From Alphaproteobacteria bacterium (GTDB taxonomy: Bacteria; Pseudomonadota; Alphaproteobacteria; UBA6615): a DNA stretch of 64,000 bases. Every line of letters starts with the position of its first letter. Positions within the stretch are counted from its first letter, which is position 1. A model generated the notes under the pieces. The model did not search any database and was not told the origin of the DNA. It worked only from the letters and a program-made list of their open reading frames with translations. Shown here piece after piece: positions 20,865 through 33,142 of this stretch. The stretch spans positions 28,264 to 92,263 of the forward strand of contig JAJFIX010000031.1 in the NCBI GenBank assembly GCA_021774575.1, read 5' to 3'. The translations under genes were made by a program, and so were the position numbers.

Positions 20865-22493
20865 ATGGCGAAATTCATTTTTATCACCGGCGGCGTGGTC
20901 TCTTCTCTAGGTAAGGGGCTTGCATCAGCCTCGATTGGGGCATTGCTTCAGGCCCGTGGCTATACCGTGCGGGTGCGCAAACTCGATCCCTACTTAAATG
21001 TCGACCCGGGGACTATGAGCCCTTACGAGCATGGCGAAGTGTTTGTCACCGATGACGGTGCGGAGACCGACTTGGACCTCGGTCATTACGAACGATTTAC
21101 CGGCGTTGCGGCAAAACAGTCCGACAATGTCACGTCTGGACGTATCTATTCCCAGGTGTTGGCGAGGGAACGGCGCGGGGCCTATTTAGGGGGTACGGTT
21201 CAAGTAATTCCCCATGTCACCGACGGTATAAAAAAATTCGCCACCGATGATCTCGATGGCGAAGATTTCGTGTTATGTGAAATTGGCGGCACGGTTGGCG
21301 ATATTGAAAGCTTGCCGTTTTTGGAGGCGATCCGACAATTGCGCAATGACTTGGGTGAACGACAAACGATGTTCGTTCATTTGACCTTGGTGCCCTATCT
21401 TGCCGCTGCTGGCGAACTCAAGACGAAACCGACCCAACATTCGGTAAAGGAATTGCAAGGCGTCGGCATTCGGCCCGATATCATTATTTGCCGGTGCGAA
21501 CGAGAGATTCCCGACGGTCACCGGCTTAAAATTGCCCAGCTGTGCAATATTCGTTCGGAGGCTGTGATCCAAGGGCTGGACGTCGACACGATTTATCAAG
21601 TGCCCCTCGATTATCATGCGCAAAAAGTCGACGAAATTGTACTTGAACATTTTGATTTGCCGGCGGGTAAGGCACCGGACCTCGGCAAATGGCACACAAT
21701 CGTTAATAGGCTTCGTGAACCCGAAGGGACGGTAAATATCGTCGTAGCGGGAAAATATACCGATCACGCCGATGCTTATAAATCGTTAGCCGAGGCCCTG
21801 ACTCATGGCGGCATCGCCAACAATGTTCGGGTCAAAGCCCATTGGGTTGGCAGTGAGCAATTCGAAAATAATCGGGATTTCAAAATATTCGAAGACGCCG
21901 ATGGAATTTTAGTACCTGGCGGCTTTGGGGAGCGGGGCTCTGAAGGTAAAATTGCTGTCGCGCAATATGCCCGTGAGAAAAACCTGCCCTATTTCGGCAT
22001 ATGTTTTGGCATGCAAATGGCGGTGATCGAGGTCGCGCGTCACCTCGCTGGGATAGAAGGCGCTGGATCAACTGAGTTCGGCGCTTGTGAAGACCCAATT
22101 GTCGGCCTCCTGACCGAGTGGCGCCGCGGCGCCGACATTGAGACCCGGCAAGCGGACGATGATAAAGGCGGGACTATGCGGCTCGGTGCCTATCCGGCCC
22201 AAATCGGCGTTGGCACGTTATTGGCTGGGATATATGGCGAGGACAATCTCTGTGAGCGACATCGCCATCGATATGAGGTCAACATTGATTATCGTGAACG
22301 ACTAGAGGCGGTCGGGCTGAAATTTTCAGCCTTGTCCCCCGACGGTACCCTGCCGGAGGTCGTGGAACTTGAAGGCCATCCTTGGTTTATCGGCGTGCAA
22401 TATCACCCGGAGTTAAAATCGAAACCGTTTGATCCGCATCCGCTATTCATGTCTTTTGTCGCCGCCGCTTTGAATCAATCAAGACTAGTGTAA
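20865..22493 (+). CDS. pyrG: CTP synthase
   Basis: 542 aa ([18 protein letters not shown]…), with a C-terminal GATase domain containing GICFGMQ. Confidence 0.95.
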   Translation: MAKFIFITGGVVSSLGKGLASASIGALLQARGYTVRVRKLDPYLNVDPGTMSPYEHGEVFVTDDGAETDLDLGHYERFTGVAAKQSDNVTSGRIYSQVLARERRGAYLGGTVQVIPHVTDGIKKFATDDLDGEDFVLCEIGGTVGDIESLPFLEAIRQLRNDLGERQTMFVHLTLVPYLAAAGELKTKPTQHSVKELQGVGIRPDIIICRCEREIPDGHRLKIAQLCNIRSEAVIQGLDVDTIYQVPLDYHAQKVDEIVLEHFDLPAGKAPDLGKWHTIVNRLREPEGTVNIVVAGKYTDHADAYKSLAEALTHGGIANNVRVKAHWVGSEQFENNRDFKIFEDADGILVPGGFGERGSEGKIAVAQYAREKNLPYFGICFGMQMAVIEVARHLAGIEGAGSTEFGACEDPIVGLLTEWRRGADIETRQADDDKGGTMRLGAYPAQIGVGTLLAGIYGEDNLCERHRHRYEVNIDYRERLEAVGLKFSALSPDGTLPEVVELEGHPWFIGVQYHPELKSKPFDPHPLFMSFVAAALNQSRLV

Positions 22494-22503
22494 TCGCAAC
22501 ATT

Positions 22504-22539
22504 TACCAGCCATTTCTACCAGCCATTTCTACCAGCCAA
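22504..22539. repeat. 13-bp tandem repeat (taccagccatttc) x 2.8, immediately upstream of the kdsA RBS
   Basis: Seen directly between the pyrG stop and the kdsA start. Confidence 0.8.
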
Positions 22540-22549
22540 TGGAGAAGTA

Positions 22550-23389
22550 ATGACCTCGGTTAAAGTTGGAGACCTCGAAATCGGCAATGAATTGCCATTG
22601 ACCTTGATCGCGGGTCCGTGCGTTCTCGAATCGCGCCAACATGGGCTGGAGATGAGCGCCGCGTTGCAGGAAATGGCCGCCGCCAAGGGAATAGGCCTGA
22701 TCTATAAATCCAGTTTCGATAAAGCCAACCGCACATCAATCAGTAGTGAGCGTGGCCTTGGTTTGGCAAAGAGCATGGAAATATTCGCCGAAATCCGTGA
22801 GACCACCGGCCTGCCGATCTTGACCGATGTCCATACACCCGAGCAGTGCGTGGCGGTGGGCGAAGTTGCCGACCTACTGCAAATCCCAGCTTTTTTGTGC
22901 CGCCAAACCGATTTATTGCTGGCCGCTGCTGGAACGGGCAAGGCCGTCAATATTAAAAAAGGGCAGTTTTTGGCTCCTTGGGATATGGAGCATGTCGTTG
23001 CCAAGGCGCAGAGCACCGGCAGCGAAAAAATTATGGTTTGCGAGCGCGGGACGAGTTTCGGCTATAACACGTTGGTTTCCGATATGCGGTCCCTGGCGAT
23101 CATGGCGGACCAGACAAATTGCCCGGTGGTGTTTGACGCAACCCATTCGGTGCAGCAGCCGGGCGGTCAAGGCGGCACAACCGGCGGCCAGCGGGAATTT
23201 GTGCCCCTTTTGGCGCGGGCAGCGGTTTCGGCCGGGGTCGCGGCGGTTTTCATGGAAACCCACCAGGACCCGGATAATGCGCCAAGCGATGGGCCAAATA
23301 TGGTGCGTTTGAGCGATATGCCCGAATTGATCGATACGTTGATGGCCTTCGACGCGGTCGCCAAGGCCCGTCCATTTCGTCTCAGCTGA
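22550..23389 (+). CDS. kdsA: 3-deoxy-8-phosphooctulonate synthase
   Basis: 279 aa DAHP-synthase-like TIM barrel (…LIAGPCVLES…). Confidence 0.95.
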   Translation: MTSVKVGDLEIGNELPLTLIAGPCVLESRQHGLEMSAALQEMAAAKGIGLIYKSSFDKANRTSISSERGLGLAKSMEIFAEIRETTGLPILTDVHTPEQCVAVGEVADLLQIPAFLCRQTDLLLAAAGTGKAVNIKKGQFLAPWDMEHVVAKAQSTGSEKIMVCERGTSFGYNTLVSDMRSLAIMADQTNCPVVFDATHSVQQPGGQGGTTGGQREFVPLLARAAVSAGVAAVFMETHQDPDNAPSDGPNMVRLSDMPELIDTLMAFDAVAKARPFRLS

Positions 23390-23394
23390 TTTAA

Positions 23395-24714
<1,320 letters not shown>

Positions 24715-24802
24715 GGTCAGTTCGCTAACCCGCACAACTTGTTGAAATAAAACACTTCAGCAGCCTTGACGCGATGCGGAAATATATGATTCGTTAACAT
24801 CC

Positions 24803-25114
24803 ATGTCGGCTTTAACTGAAATACAATCTCGCCTGCGTGCGGTCGCTGTTCCAACAGCCATCGCACTGGTTGGCAGCTATTTTGCCTATCATGTTGTGCA
24901 GGGCGAGCATGGCCTAATCTCGTATATTAAATTACGCTCTCAAATATCTGAGGCGACTTATGTATCTCGAGAAATATCTACCGAACGCCAGAGGCTCGAA
25001 AACGATGTCGCCTTGCTGCGACCAGACAATCTAGACCTGGATATGTTGGAGGAGGCGGTACGCCGTCAACTCAATTTCAACCATCCGGATGAAATCGTAA
25101 TTTTACTTGATTAG
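24803..25114 (+). CDS. ftsB: FtsB/DivIC-family septum formation initiator
   Basis: 103 aa with one TM plus a coiled coil. The eno-ftsB-pdhA arrangement is conserved in alphaproteobacteria. Confidence 0.7.
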   Translation: MSALTEIQSRLRAVAVPTAIALVGSYFAYHVVQGEHGLISYIKLRSQISEATYVSREISTERQRLENDVALLRPDNLDLDMLEEAVRRQLNFNHPDEIVILLD

Positions 25115-25496
25115 GCTTGATTGCGGCGCTGCGACGGAACATTTTTCCGGCATCAAGGCATCCCCTTTCTAACTGGTTGAAACACCGTGTAATTTTAGGC
25201 GCGGTGGAAAAAACCAGTAATAAGTTGCAAGTATTTGGTGTTGCAGCGAAATTAAATTTCCCTGTGTAGTTATTGGCAGCTTCTTTGTTCCGGCACCCAT
25301 ATTTGATATTAACCGAAATTCAGTTAATTCCTTTTAAACGTTGAAAATTCACGCATTTTTGGATTGTTGACGCTTGCGCGCGCTCTATTTCATACGTACA
25401 AGTCCGATGCGACCGGGGGCAAATTCGATGATTTTCTTCGGTTGTCGTGCGGCAACTTATTTTGTCGGCAGACGCGCAGGTAAAAGGGGCGATCAC

Positions 25497-26582
25497 ATGG
25501 CATCATCCGGCTCAGCAACTCAGAAAAAACGCCCTAAATTGGCTTCGGGACGGGGCACGAAGCGTAAATTGACCCGGCGTAACAGCCCGAATTCCAAAAC
25601 CAGTGCGGCCCCATTGGTTGTCGGCGGGAACCAGGCGCTGGATTTCTACCGAAATATGCTGCTGATCCGCCGATTCGAGGAAAAAGCCGGGCAACTTTAC
25701 GGCATGGGCCTAATCGGTGGGTTTTGTCATCTCTATATTGGGCAAGAGGCCGTTGTCGTCGGTATGCAATCGACCCTTGGAGAGGTCGACTCGGTGATAA
25801 CTGCTTACCGCGACCATGGCCATATGTTGGCTGCGGGTATGGACCCTAAGGGTGTAATGGCGGAATTAACGGGGCGGCGTGGTGGCTACTCAAATGGCAA
25901 GGGCGGCTCAATGCATATGTTTTCAAAAGAGAATAGGTTTTTTGGTGGCCACGGAATTGTCGGCGCCAATGTTTCACTTGGCACCGGAATAGCCTTTGCC
26001 AACCGGTATCGTGAAGACGGCGGCGTCTGTCTAACTTATTTCGGTGATGGTGCCTCTAATCAGGGACAGGTTGCCGAAAGTTTCAATATGGCCGCCTTGT
26101 GGGGGTTGCCGGTAGTTTATGTCATCGAAAATAATCGCTATGGCATGGGGACTTCCATTGAACGGGCGTCTGCCGAAACAGAGCTTTATCTTCGCGGCGC
26201 AGCCAATGGGATCGAAGGTGAAGCGGTTGACGGCATGGATGTCGTCGCTGTCGCGGAGGCCGCCGAAAAAGCGGTTTCTTACGCGCGTAGCGGCAAGGGG
26301 CCGTATGTGCTTGAAATGCACACATATCGTTATCGCGGCCATTCAATGTCGGACCCAGCGAAATATCGGTCCCGGGAAGAGGTGCAAAAAATTCGCACCG
26401 AAAAAGACCCCATTCAATCCTATTCAGATAAATTGACCGCCAACAAATTGGCCAGCACGGCCGATTTAAAGGCGATTGACGAAGAGGTCAAAAAGACAGT
26501 TCAAGAGGCGGCGGATTTCGCTCAAAACAGCCCCGAGCCAGACGATAGCGAACTCTACACAGATGTTTATGTTGCCGCTTAA
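25497..26582 (+). CDS. pdhA: Pyruvate dehydrogenase E1 component alpha subunit
   Basis: Contains …YRNMLLIRRFEEKAGQLYGMGLIGGFCHLYIGQEA… and a ThDP-binding motif. Start set at MASSG; the upstream extension of the ORF was judged spurious. Confidence 0.9.
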   Translation: MASSGSATQKKRPKLASGRGTKRKLTRRNSPNSKTSAAPLVVGGNQALDFYRNMLLIRRFEEKAGQLYGMGLIGGFCHLYIGQEAVVVGMQSTLGEVDSVITAYRDHGHMLAAGMDPKGVMAELTGRRGGYSNGKGGSMHMFSKENRFFGGHGIVGANVSLGTGIAFANRYREDGGVCLTYFGDGASNQGQVAESFNMAALWGLPVVYVIENNRYGMGTSIERASAETELYLRGAANGIEGEAVDGMDVVAVAEAAEKAVSYARSGKGPYVLEMHTYRYRGHSMSDPAKYRSREEVQKIRTEKDPIQSYSDKLTANKLASTADLKAIDEEVKKTVQEAADFAQNSPEPDDSELYTDVYVAA

Positions 26583-26610
26583 AGTAATAAATTAGGAATA
26601 GGAAAAAATC

Positions 26611-27972
26611 ATGCCAATTCCGGTTCTTATGCCAGCGCTCTCACCTACTATGACAGAGGGTAATTTGGCGCGTTGGCTCAAGGCTGAAGGTGACAATGTC
26701 GGCAGTGGCGATATCATTGCCGAAATTGAAACCGACAAAGCGACGATGGAAATTGAAGCCGTTGATGATGGTATCATGGGCCGCATTCTTGTCGCCGATG
26801 GCGCCCAGGGGGTGGCGGTGAATACGCCGATCGCTCTGCTGCTTGCCGAGGGAGAAGATGCATCGGCGCTTGAACAGTCAGATGCTGCGGAGGCATTGAA
26901 CGACGAGTCCCAAACGGGCGGTGCGCGATCAAGCCCCGCGTCGACCATTGCTGCTCCGATAGAGGTCGCTCCGACAGAGATTGAGTATGAGGGCGAAACG
27001 GCAGTAATGACCGTTCGTGAGGCTCTTCGGGATGCGATGGCCGAGGAAATGCGCAGTGACGACAACGTGTTCTTGATCGGTGAGGAGGTTGCCCAATATC
27101 AGGGCGCCTATAAGGTCAGCCAAGGTTTGCTCGACGAGTTTGGGGCGAAGCGGGTTATCGATACGCCGATCACCGAGCATGGGTTCGCCGGCCTGGGGGT
27201 CGGCGCAGCTTTTACCGGATTAAAACCAATCGTCGAGTTTATGACATTCAATTTTGCGATGCAGGCGATCGACCATATCATCAATTCGGCCGCCAAGACC
27301 CTTTATATGTCTGGCGGTCAATTGGGCGCTCCGATTGTTTTTCGCGGACCGAATGGAGCCGCATCACGGGTCGGCGCGCAACATTCCCAATGTTATGCCA
27401 GCTGGTATGCGCATTGCCCCGGTTTGAAAGTGGTCGCCCCCAATTCGGCTGCGGATGCGAAGGGATTGCTTAAAGCGGCCATTCGCGATCCAAATCCGGT
27501 TATATTTTTGGAAAATGAATTGCTATACGGCGTCAGTTCGCAAGTGCCTGTGTCCGGCGATTTTGTCGTGCCCCTTGGCAAGGCTAAAGTGGTGCGCGTA
27601 GGCACCGACATAACCATTGCCGGGTTTTCCATAATGGTTGGCAAAGCCCTGGAGGCCGCAGAAATATTGGCCGAGCAGGGCATTAGTGTTGAAGTTATCG
27701 ATTTGCGCAGTCTGCGCCCCCTAGATACCGAAACCATCATCCAGTCGGTACGCAAAACTAACCGACTGGTTACTCTAGAGGAAGGTTGGTTATTTTCGGG
27801 CATTGGCGCGGAGATATCTGCCAGAGTTACCGAGCAAGCATTCGACTGGCTCGACGCACCGATATTGCGTGTTGGCGGTGCCGACGTTCCGATGCCCTAT
27901 GCGGCGAATTTGGAACGCCTCGCCCTGCCGCAAGTCGCCGAAATTGTCGCGACAATTCAGTCGATTGCCTAA
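26611..27972 (+). CDS. pdhB: Pyruvate dehydrogenase E1 beta subunit with N-terminal lipoyl domain
   Basis: N-terminal lipoyl domain (…[12 protein letters not shown]…) fused to a transketolase-like E1 beta. This fusion is typical of alphaproteobacteria. Confidence 0.9.
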   Translation: MPIPVLMPALSPTMTEGNLARWLKAEGDNVGSGDIIAEIETDKATMEIEAVDDGIMGRILVADGAQGVAVNTPIALLLAEGEDASALEQSDAAEALNDESQTGGARSSPASTIAAPIEVAPTEIEYEGETAVMTVREALRDAMAEEMRSDDNVFLIGEEVAQYQGAYKVSQGLLDEFGAKRVIDTPITEHGFAGLGVGAAFTGLKPIVEFMTFNFAMQAIDHIINSAAKTLYMSGGQLGAPIVFRGPNGAASRVGAQHSQCYASWYAHCPGLKVVAPNSAADAKGLLKAAIRDPNPVIFLENELLYGVSSQVPVSGDFVVPLGKAKVVRVGTDITIAGFSIMVGKALEAAEILAEQGISVEVIDLRSLRPLDTETIIQSVRKTNRLVTLEEGWLFSGIGAEISARVTEQAFDWLDAPILRVGGADVPMPYAANLERLALPQVAEIVATIQSIA

Positions 27973-28029
27973 TCGTTGGCGATCGCCTAACCGCTGGAAT
28001 AACTGCTTTCGAGACGAAGGAAATCCGCC

Positions 28030-29289
28030 ATGCCTATTCCCGTCCTGATGCCGGCCCTGTCGCCAACAATGACCGATGGTACCTTGGCCCGTTGGCTGAA
28101 AAATGCCGGTGATCCCGTTAGCGCTGGCGACATCATTGCCGAGATTGAAACCGACAAGGCAACAATGGAAGTCGAGGCCGTTGACGAGGGCACATTTGGG
28201 CGGGCCTTGGTCGAAGAGGGTAGCGAAGGTGTTGCGGTAAACGCGCCGATCGCTCTTCTGCTCGGCGAAGGCGAGGATGCCGCAGAACTCGATAAATTTG
28301 AGGCGCCACAGCAACCGGCATCGGTTGCGCCTGAAAACCCACCAACTCCTGAAGTGGCGACGGCTTCCGTAACTGCGACCGTGGCAAAACAGCCCGCGCA
28401 AAAACCGGTTGTGGCGAGTGGTGGACGTATTTTTGCCAGCCCCCTGGCGCGCCGTTTGGCGGCGGATCAATCCATCGATTTGGCTCAGGTAACTGGCTCC
28501 GGGCCCCATGGTCGGATCGTCAAAATTGATATTGAAAATTTTGTACCAAGCGCGGCCGCAGGCGGAAACGCAGCACCTGTATTTTCGGGTGATGCTCCGT
28601 TCGATCTCGTTCCCCACACCAATATGCGCAAAGTCATTGCCCAACGGCTCAGTCAATCCAAACAAACTGTGCCGCATTTCTACCTGACGGTGGACATGGA
28701 AATTGATCGCCTGCTGGAGGCGCGCAAGCAAATTAATGCCAGCTTGGCGGATGATGGCATGGGCGCAAAAATATCGGTAAACGATTTTGTCATTATGGCG
28801 TCGGCCAAGGCCCTGATCGCGGTGCCCGCGGCAAATGCATCCTGGTCCGATGATGGGCTGCGCCAATATACGCGATCCGACATATCCGTTGCGGTGGCGA
28901 TTGAGGGCGGCCTAATCACGCCGGTGATCCGGGGCGCCAACGCCAAGAGCCTGAGTGCTATTTCTTCAGAAATGAAACAGCTTGGCGCGAAAGCCAAAGA
29001 CGGAAAATTGCAGCCGGAAGACTATCAGGGCGGCACGTTCTCGATTTCTAATCTTGGCATGTACGGCATTCGTGAATTCGCCGCCGTGATCAATCCGCCG
29101 CAAGGCTGCATCCTGGCGGTCGGCGCCGGTGAGCAACGTCCCGTGGTTCGTGAGGGTACTCTCGGTATTGCGACGGTAATGACATGTACTTTGTCCGTTG
29201 ACCATCGGGCTGTCGACGGCGCTGTCGGGTCAGAGTTTTTGGTGGCCTTTAAGAAGTATATGGAAAATCCCCTGGCGATGCTGGCCTAG
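28030..29289 (+). CDS. pdhC: Dihydrolipoamide acetyltransferase (PDH E2)
   Basis: Lipoyl domain, E3-binding domain, and catalytic domain with the DHRAVDG motif. Confidence 0.9.
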   Translation: MPIPVLMPALSPTMTDGTLARWLKNAGDPVSAGDIIAEIETDKATMEVEAVDEGTFGRALVEEGSEGVAVNAPIALLLGEGEDAAELDKFEAPQQPASVAPENPPTPEVATASVTATVAKQPAQKPVVASGGRIFASPLARRLAADQSIDLAQVTGSGPHGRIVKIDIENFVPSAAAGGNAAPVFSGDAPFDLVPHTNMRKVIAQRLSQSKQTVPHFYLTVDMEIDRLLEARKQINASLADDGMGAKISVNDFVIMASAKALIAVPAANASWSDDGLRQYTRSDISVAVAIEGGLITPVIRGANAKSLSAISSEMKQLGAKAKDGKLQPEDYQGGTFSISNLGMYGIREFAAVINPPQGCILAVGAGEQRPVVREGTLGIATVMTCTLSVDHRAVDGAVGSEFLVAFKKYMENPLAMLA

Positions 29290-29329
29290 GCATCTTCGCA
29301 ACCAAGGTGTAGAGCAAGGAGTACGCGGC

Positions 29330-30742
29330 GTGGCCAATACAAACTATGACGTCATTGTTATAGGGGGCGGACCCGGCGGCTATGTCGCCGCAATCCGCGC
29401 GGCCCAACTGGGCCTCAAGGCCGTGGTTGTAGAACGTGAGCATTTGGGTGGTATCTGCCTCAATTGGGGCTGTATTCCGACAAAGGCTCTCCTTCGGTCT
29501 GCCGAAGTCTTGCACCAGATTAAAGATGCGAAATCTTACGGCTTGCAGGTTGAAGGTGTCTCCTTTGATATCAAAAAAATCGTGCGCCGATCACGTCAGG
29601 TTTCTCGACGCCTGACCCATGGCATCGGCCATCTGCTGGGCAAAAACAAAGTTGATGTTATCGAGGGCGTTGCCAAATTGGGCGGCAAAGGTAAAGTCTC
29701 GGTGACATTGAACGAGGCCGATGACGGGAAAAAAACAACCGAGCTTACCGGCAAACATATCATTCTTGCGACTGGCGCCCGGGCACGGGAATTGCCGGGA
29801 CTTGAAATCGATGGCAAGCTCTTGTGGAGTTATAAGGAGGCTATGGTTCCCGAAGCCATGCCAAAATCTTTGCTGGTCATTGGCTCGGGTGCGATCGGCG
29901 TTGAGTTTGCATCCTTCTATAATGACCTCGGTGCCGAGGTGACGGTCATTGAAATGGTCGATCGAATTTTGCCAGTTGAGGACGAGGAAATTTCCGCTCA
30001 GGCAGCAAAATCATTCGCCGGCGCCGGGATCAAAATACACACGAAGACGACGGTCAAATCCCTGAAAAAGGGAAAAGACAATCTCACCGCGGTCATCGAT
30101 ATTGCTGGTAAGCAGGAAGAACTTGTTGTCGACCGGGTCATTGTCGCGGCGGGCATTGTCGGAAATGCCGAAGGTCTTGGCTTAGAGGGAACAAAGGTCA
30201 AAATCGAGAAAACCCACATTGTTACAAATGAATGGGGCGAAACCGGTGAGCCAGGCGTTTATGCCATTGGTGATGTCGCCGGCCCGCCTTGGCTTGCCCA
30301 TAAGGCCAGTCATGAGGGCGTTGTGTGTGTCGAAAAAATTGCCGGTGTCGAGGGCGTTCATCCCATGGATGCAAGCTCTATTCCTGGGTGCACATATTCG
30401 CGACCGCAAATCGCCTCTGTTGGCATGACCGAGGCCCAAGCTAAAGTGGCAGGGCGAAAAGTAAAAGTCGGACGTTTTCCGTTTGCCGGTAACGGCAAGG
30501 CGGTTGCTCTTGGCGAGCCGGATGGCCTGGTAAAAACAATTTTCGACGCGGGGACCGGCGAGTTTCTCGGCGCCCATATGATCGGCGCCGAAGTTACGGA
30601 ACTCATTCAAGGCTATGTCATCGCCAAATCGTTGGAAACGACTGAAGCCGAGCTAATGCACACGGTCTTTCCGCATCCGACATTATCGGAAATGATGCAC
30701 GAGTCCGTGCTCGATGCGTATGGTCGGGCGATCCATTTTTAA
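29330..30742 (+). CDS. lpdA: Dihydrolipoyl dehydrogenase (E3)
   Basis: FAD-binding motif YDVIVIGGGPGGY and a redox CxxxxC (GGICLNWGCIPTK). GTG start at 29330 after an AAGGAG RBS. Confidence 0.9.
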   Translation: MANTNYDVIVIGGGPGGYVAAIRAAQLGLKAVVVEREHLGGICLNWGCIPTKALLRSAEVLHQIKDAKSYGLQVEGVSFDIKKIVRRSRQVSRRLTHGIGHLLGKNKVDVIEGVAKLGGKGKVSVTLNEADDGKKTTELTGKHIILATGARARELPGLEIDGKLLWSYKEAMVPEAMPKSLLVIGSGAIGVEFASFYNDLGAEVTVIEMVDRILPVEDEEISAQAAKSFAGAGIKIHTKTTVKSLKKGKDNLTAVIDIAGKQEELVVDRVIVAAGIVGNAEGLGLEGTKVKIEKTHIVTNEWGETGEPGVYAIGDVAGPPWLAHKASHEGVVCVEKIAGVEGVHPMDASSIPGCTYSRPQIASVGMTEAQAKVAGRKVKVGRFPFAGNGKAVALGEPDGLVKTIFDAGTGEFLGAHMIGAEVTELIQGYVIAKSLETTEAELMHTVFPHPTLSEMMHESVLDAYGRAIHF

Positions 30743-30763
30743 TCTAGAGACACGGATTAAGTC

Positions 30764-31720
30764 ATGAGCACAGCGACGAATTTTCGCCATCCGGAAAAAC
30801 GGAACAGGCCCGATAATCCGATCCAGCGCAAGCCTCCTTGGATCCGGGTCAAGGCACCTTCATCGACGTCGGAATATCACAAGGTCGCAAAAATGATGCG
30901 CGACCTTAATCTGACGACAGTGTGCGAAGAAGCGGCTTGCCCAAATATTGGCGAGTGTTGGGCGCAGCGTCATGCGACGATGATGATCATGGGCGATACT
31001 TGCACGCGGGCTTGCGCCTTTTGCAATGTCGCGACCGGACAGCCACGGCCACTTGACCCTGCCGAACCGGCAAATGTTGGGTTGGCGGTTGGTGGGCTAG
31101 GGCTTTCGCATGTGGTCATAACGTCGGTTGACCGGGACGATCTGGAGGATGGCGGGGCGGCACATTTTGCCGAGACAATTCGCCAAATTCGGATGGCGGC
31201 GCCCGAAACTACAATCGAAATACTCACACCGGATTTTAAGGGTAAGACCAAAGCAATTGAAGCATTTGACGGCGCTATGCCGGAAATATTCAATCACAAC
31301 CTAGAGACGGTGCCGCGTCTATATCCGACAATTCGTCCGGGGGCCCGCTATTTCACCAGTCTCTCGCTGTTACAGGCGGCGAAAATTCGCCAGCCGGAAA
31401 TTTTCACAAAATCTGGCATGATGGCTGGCCTTGGTGAAACCCGGGAAGAAGTTGGCCAAGTGATGGATGATTTACGGGCGGCCAACGTAGATTTTCTGAC
31501 GATTGGCCAGTATTTGCAGCCGACGGTTAAACATGCTGCGATTGATCGCTTTGTCACCCCGGATGAATTTGAAGATTATGCGAGGATGGCCCGGGCGAAG
31601 GGGTTCTTGCTGGTGTCGGCGACGCCATTGACCCGTTCGAGTTATCACGCCGGCGAAGATTTTGCCAAGCTGAAGGCGGCGCGGCTGGCCGAATTGGCAA
31701 AGGGTCGCGAGGCGGGCTGA
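30764..31720 (+). CDS. lipA: Lipoyl synthase
   Basis: Two cysteine clusters ([12 protein letters not shown] and CTRACAFC). Radical-SAM enzyme. Confidence 0.95.
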   Translation: MSTATNFRHPEKRNRPDNPIQRKPPWIRVKAPSSTSEYHKVAKMMRDLNLTTVCEEAACPNIGECWAQRHATMMIMGDTCTRACAFCNVATGQPRPLDPAEPANVGLAVGGLGLSHVVITSVDRDDLEDGGAAHFAETIRQIRMAAPETTIEILTPDFKGKTKAIEAFDGAMPEIFNHNLETVPRLYPTIRPGARYFTSLSLLQAAKIRQPEIFTKSGMMAGLGETREEVGQVMDDLRAANVDFLTIGQYLQPTVKHAAIDRFVTPDEFEDYARMARAKGFLLVSATPLTRSSYHAGEDFAKLKAARLAELAKGREAG

Positions 31721-32164
31721 ATGCCGGTCCATACGGAAAAACGAACGTCTCCCTATCGCGCCGATCAGATGTACGATCTCGTCGCCGATATTGACCGCTA
31801 TCCAGAATTTTTACCTTGGGTAACGGCGACCCGAAAAATTCGGAGCGATGATCTGGCGACGCTCTATGAAATGGCAATCGGCTTTCGGATGATGCGGGAG
31901 AAATTCACATCCAAAGTTGTATTCGAACGTCCCAACCGAATAACCGTTGATTACATTCGCGGACCGATGCGGCACTTAAAGAATAGTTGGGATTTTAAAG
32001 AACGGGCGGAGGGCGGCTGTGAAATCGAGTTTCATATCGATTTTGAGTTTCGCTCCAGCTTGTTGCAGCGTTTGATTGGACCGCTTTTCTATGATGCGGT
32101 CGTGCGTATGGTGGGTGCATTTGAGACCCGCGCGACGGATGTTTACGGCGCGCCCAAAACCTAG
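31721..32164 (+). CDS. SRPBCC-family protein (RatA/Coq10-like START domain)
   Basis: 147 aa (…YRADQMYDLVADIDRYPEFLPWV…). TGAATG coupling with lipA. Confidence 0.7.
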   Translation: MPVHTEKRTSPYRADQMYDLVADIDRYPEFLPWVTATRKIRSDDLATLYEMAIGFRMMREKFTSKVVFERPNRITVDYIRGPMRHLKNSWDFKERAEGGCEIEFHIDFEFRSSLLQRLIGPLFYDAVVRMVGAFETRATDVYGAPKT

Positions 32165-32658
32165 CCTTTGCCAGCCAGTACTTGGGCAATTATGCCAAAG
32201 GCGGTGAATATCGTTTGGTGGCGAATATCCGTCCGGTCACCGGAAAAAATATTTCGACGATGAATGGTCGGTCTGCCCGTTCCCGCACATGCAATATGGA
32301 CCAGGCCGACGGGCTTATCCTGGGTGCCGCCCCCCGGACCGGCCACTCCAGTGACGGCAATTGTGATATCGGCTGCCGATTTTTTTAAGGCGCCCTCGGC
32401 CATCGATCTGGCAACTTTTTCGCTGACCGCACCCTCCAGATTTACCAACATCGCCGGTACGCCGAGCATCTCGGTTTTCGAGGCATTTGAGTAGGTGACA
32501 AACCCGCGCTCAAAAACATCAGAAGATCCTGGGATTTCAGTTAGCATACCGGCAATCAAACCACCGGTACAGCTCTCCGCCGTGGCCAATTTTACATCGG
32601 ATCGCCGACAGGCCTCGAGCAAGGTCTTTGCCGCAGTTTCTAAATTTTGCAGGTCCAT
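32161..32658 (-). CDS. CinA C-terminal domain protein (nicotinamide-nucleotide amidohydrolase PncC-like)
   Basis: 165 aa (…LATAESCTGGLIAGMLTEIPGSS…). Confidence 0.8.
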   Translation of the reverse strand: MDLQNLETAAKTLLEACRRSDVKLATAESCTGGLIAGMLTEIPGSSDVFERGFVTYSNASKTEMLGVPAMLVNLEGAVSEKVARSMAEGALKKSAADITIAVTGVAGPGGGTQDKPVGLVHIACAGTGRPTIHRRNIFSGDRTDIRHQTIFTAFGIIAQVLAGKG

Positions 32659-32671
32659 CGGGTCAACAATC

Positions 32672-33142
32672 CTAGGTTAGCATGAGGGTGGCGGGCCAAA
32701 CGATAGCCAGGGCGTAAAGCCCGGCGACAATGTCATCGACCATGATGCCCCAGCCGCCGGGTAGCAATTCAAATTTGCGGACCGGCCAGGGTTTCCAAAT
32801 ATCGAACAATCGAAACGCGATGAAGGCGAGTCCATAGAAGAGCCAATTGCTAGGGGAGAAATAAGCAACCGGCAGTAAGGCCAGCCACTGTCCCGCGACC
32901 TCGTCGATGACGGCGGAGCCGGGGTCCTTCGTACCAAGCAATTTTGCGTAGTGTCCCGATGCAACTACTCCGACAAAAAAAACAAGCATCGTGGCAATGG
33001 CTAGGCCAAGCGGCCCCGACCGGACAATGATTACCCAACCAAAGGGCAGGGCGGCGAGGGACCCCCATGTGCCCGGTGCACCAGGCAGGCGGCCACTGCC
33101 GAACCAGGTCGCCAATAAAACGGCCAACATATTTTGGATCAT
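32672..33142 (-). CDS. pgpA: Phosphatidylglycerophosphatase A
   Basis: 156 aa membrane protein (…GPGTWGSLAALPFGW…). Confidence 0.8.
   Translation of the reverse strand: MIQNMLAVLLATWFGSGRLPGAPGTWGSLAALPFGWVIIVRSGPLGLAIATMLVFFVGVVASGHYAKLLGTKDPGSAVIDEVAGQWLALLPVAYFSPSNWLFYGLAFIAFRLFDIWKPWPVRKFELLPGGWGIMVDDIVAGLYALAIVWPATLMLT

Noticed and set aside
8263-22539. Checked whether the short tandem repeats at 8263, 10527 and 22504 could be CRISPR arrays
   Set aside because: Each has only two to five directly adjacent units of 13-32 bp. There are no unique spacers and no cas genes, so these are simple tandem repeats.
25374-25496. 5' extensions of ORFs beyond conserved N-termini (pdhA 25374, gltX 8242, trpC 14228, moaC 13461, ispDF 34392, TRAP QM 55486, fabZ 2005)
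   Set aside because: The extensions overlap upstream genes or lack family-conserved sequence. Internal starts reproduce typical N-termini and sensible intergenic spacing.
26611-28280. About 250-bp segments at the 5' ends of pdhB and pdhC are roughly 75% identical, raising the possibility of a dispersed or mobile repeat
   Set aside because: The similarity is explained by homologous lipoyl domains ([15 protein letters not shown]…IETDKATME…) in both E1-beta and E2. This is a known feature of alphaproteobacterial PDH and not a mobile element.
27790-28866. 358-aa ORF on the minus strand
   Set aside because: It lies entirely antisense to pdhB/pdhC and its translation has low-complexity Arg/Gly-rich composition typical of spurious antisense ORFs in GC-rich coding DNA. 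The pdhB and pdhC sense frames have clear family signatures.
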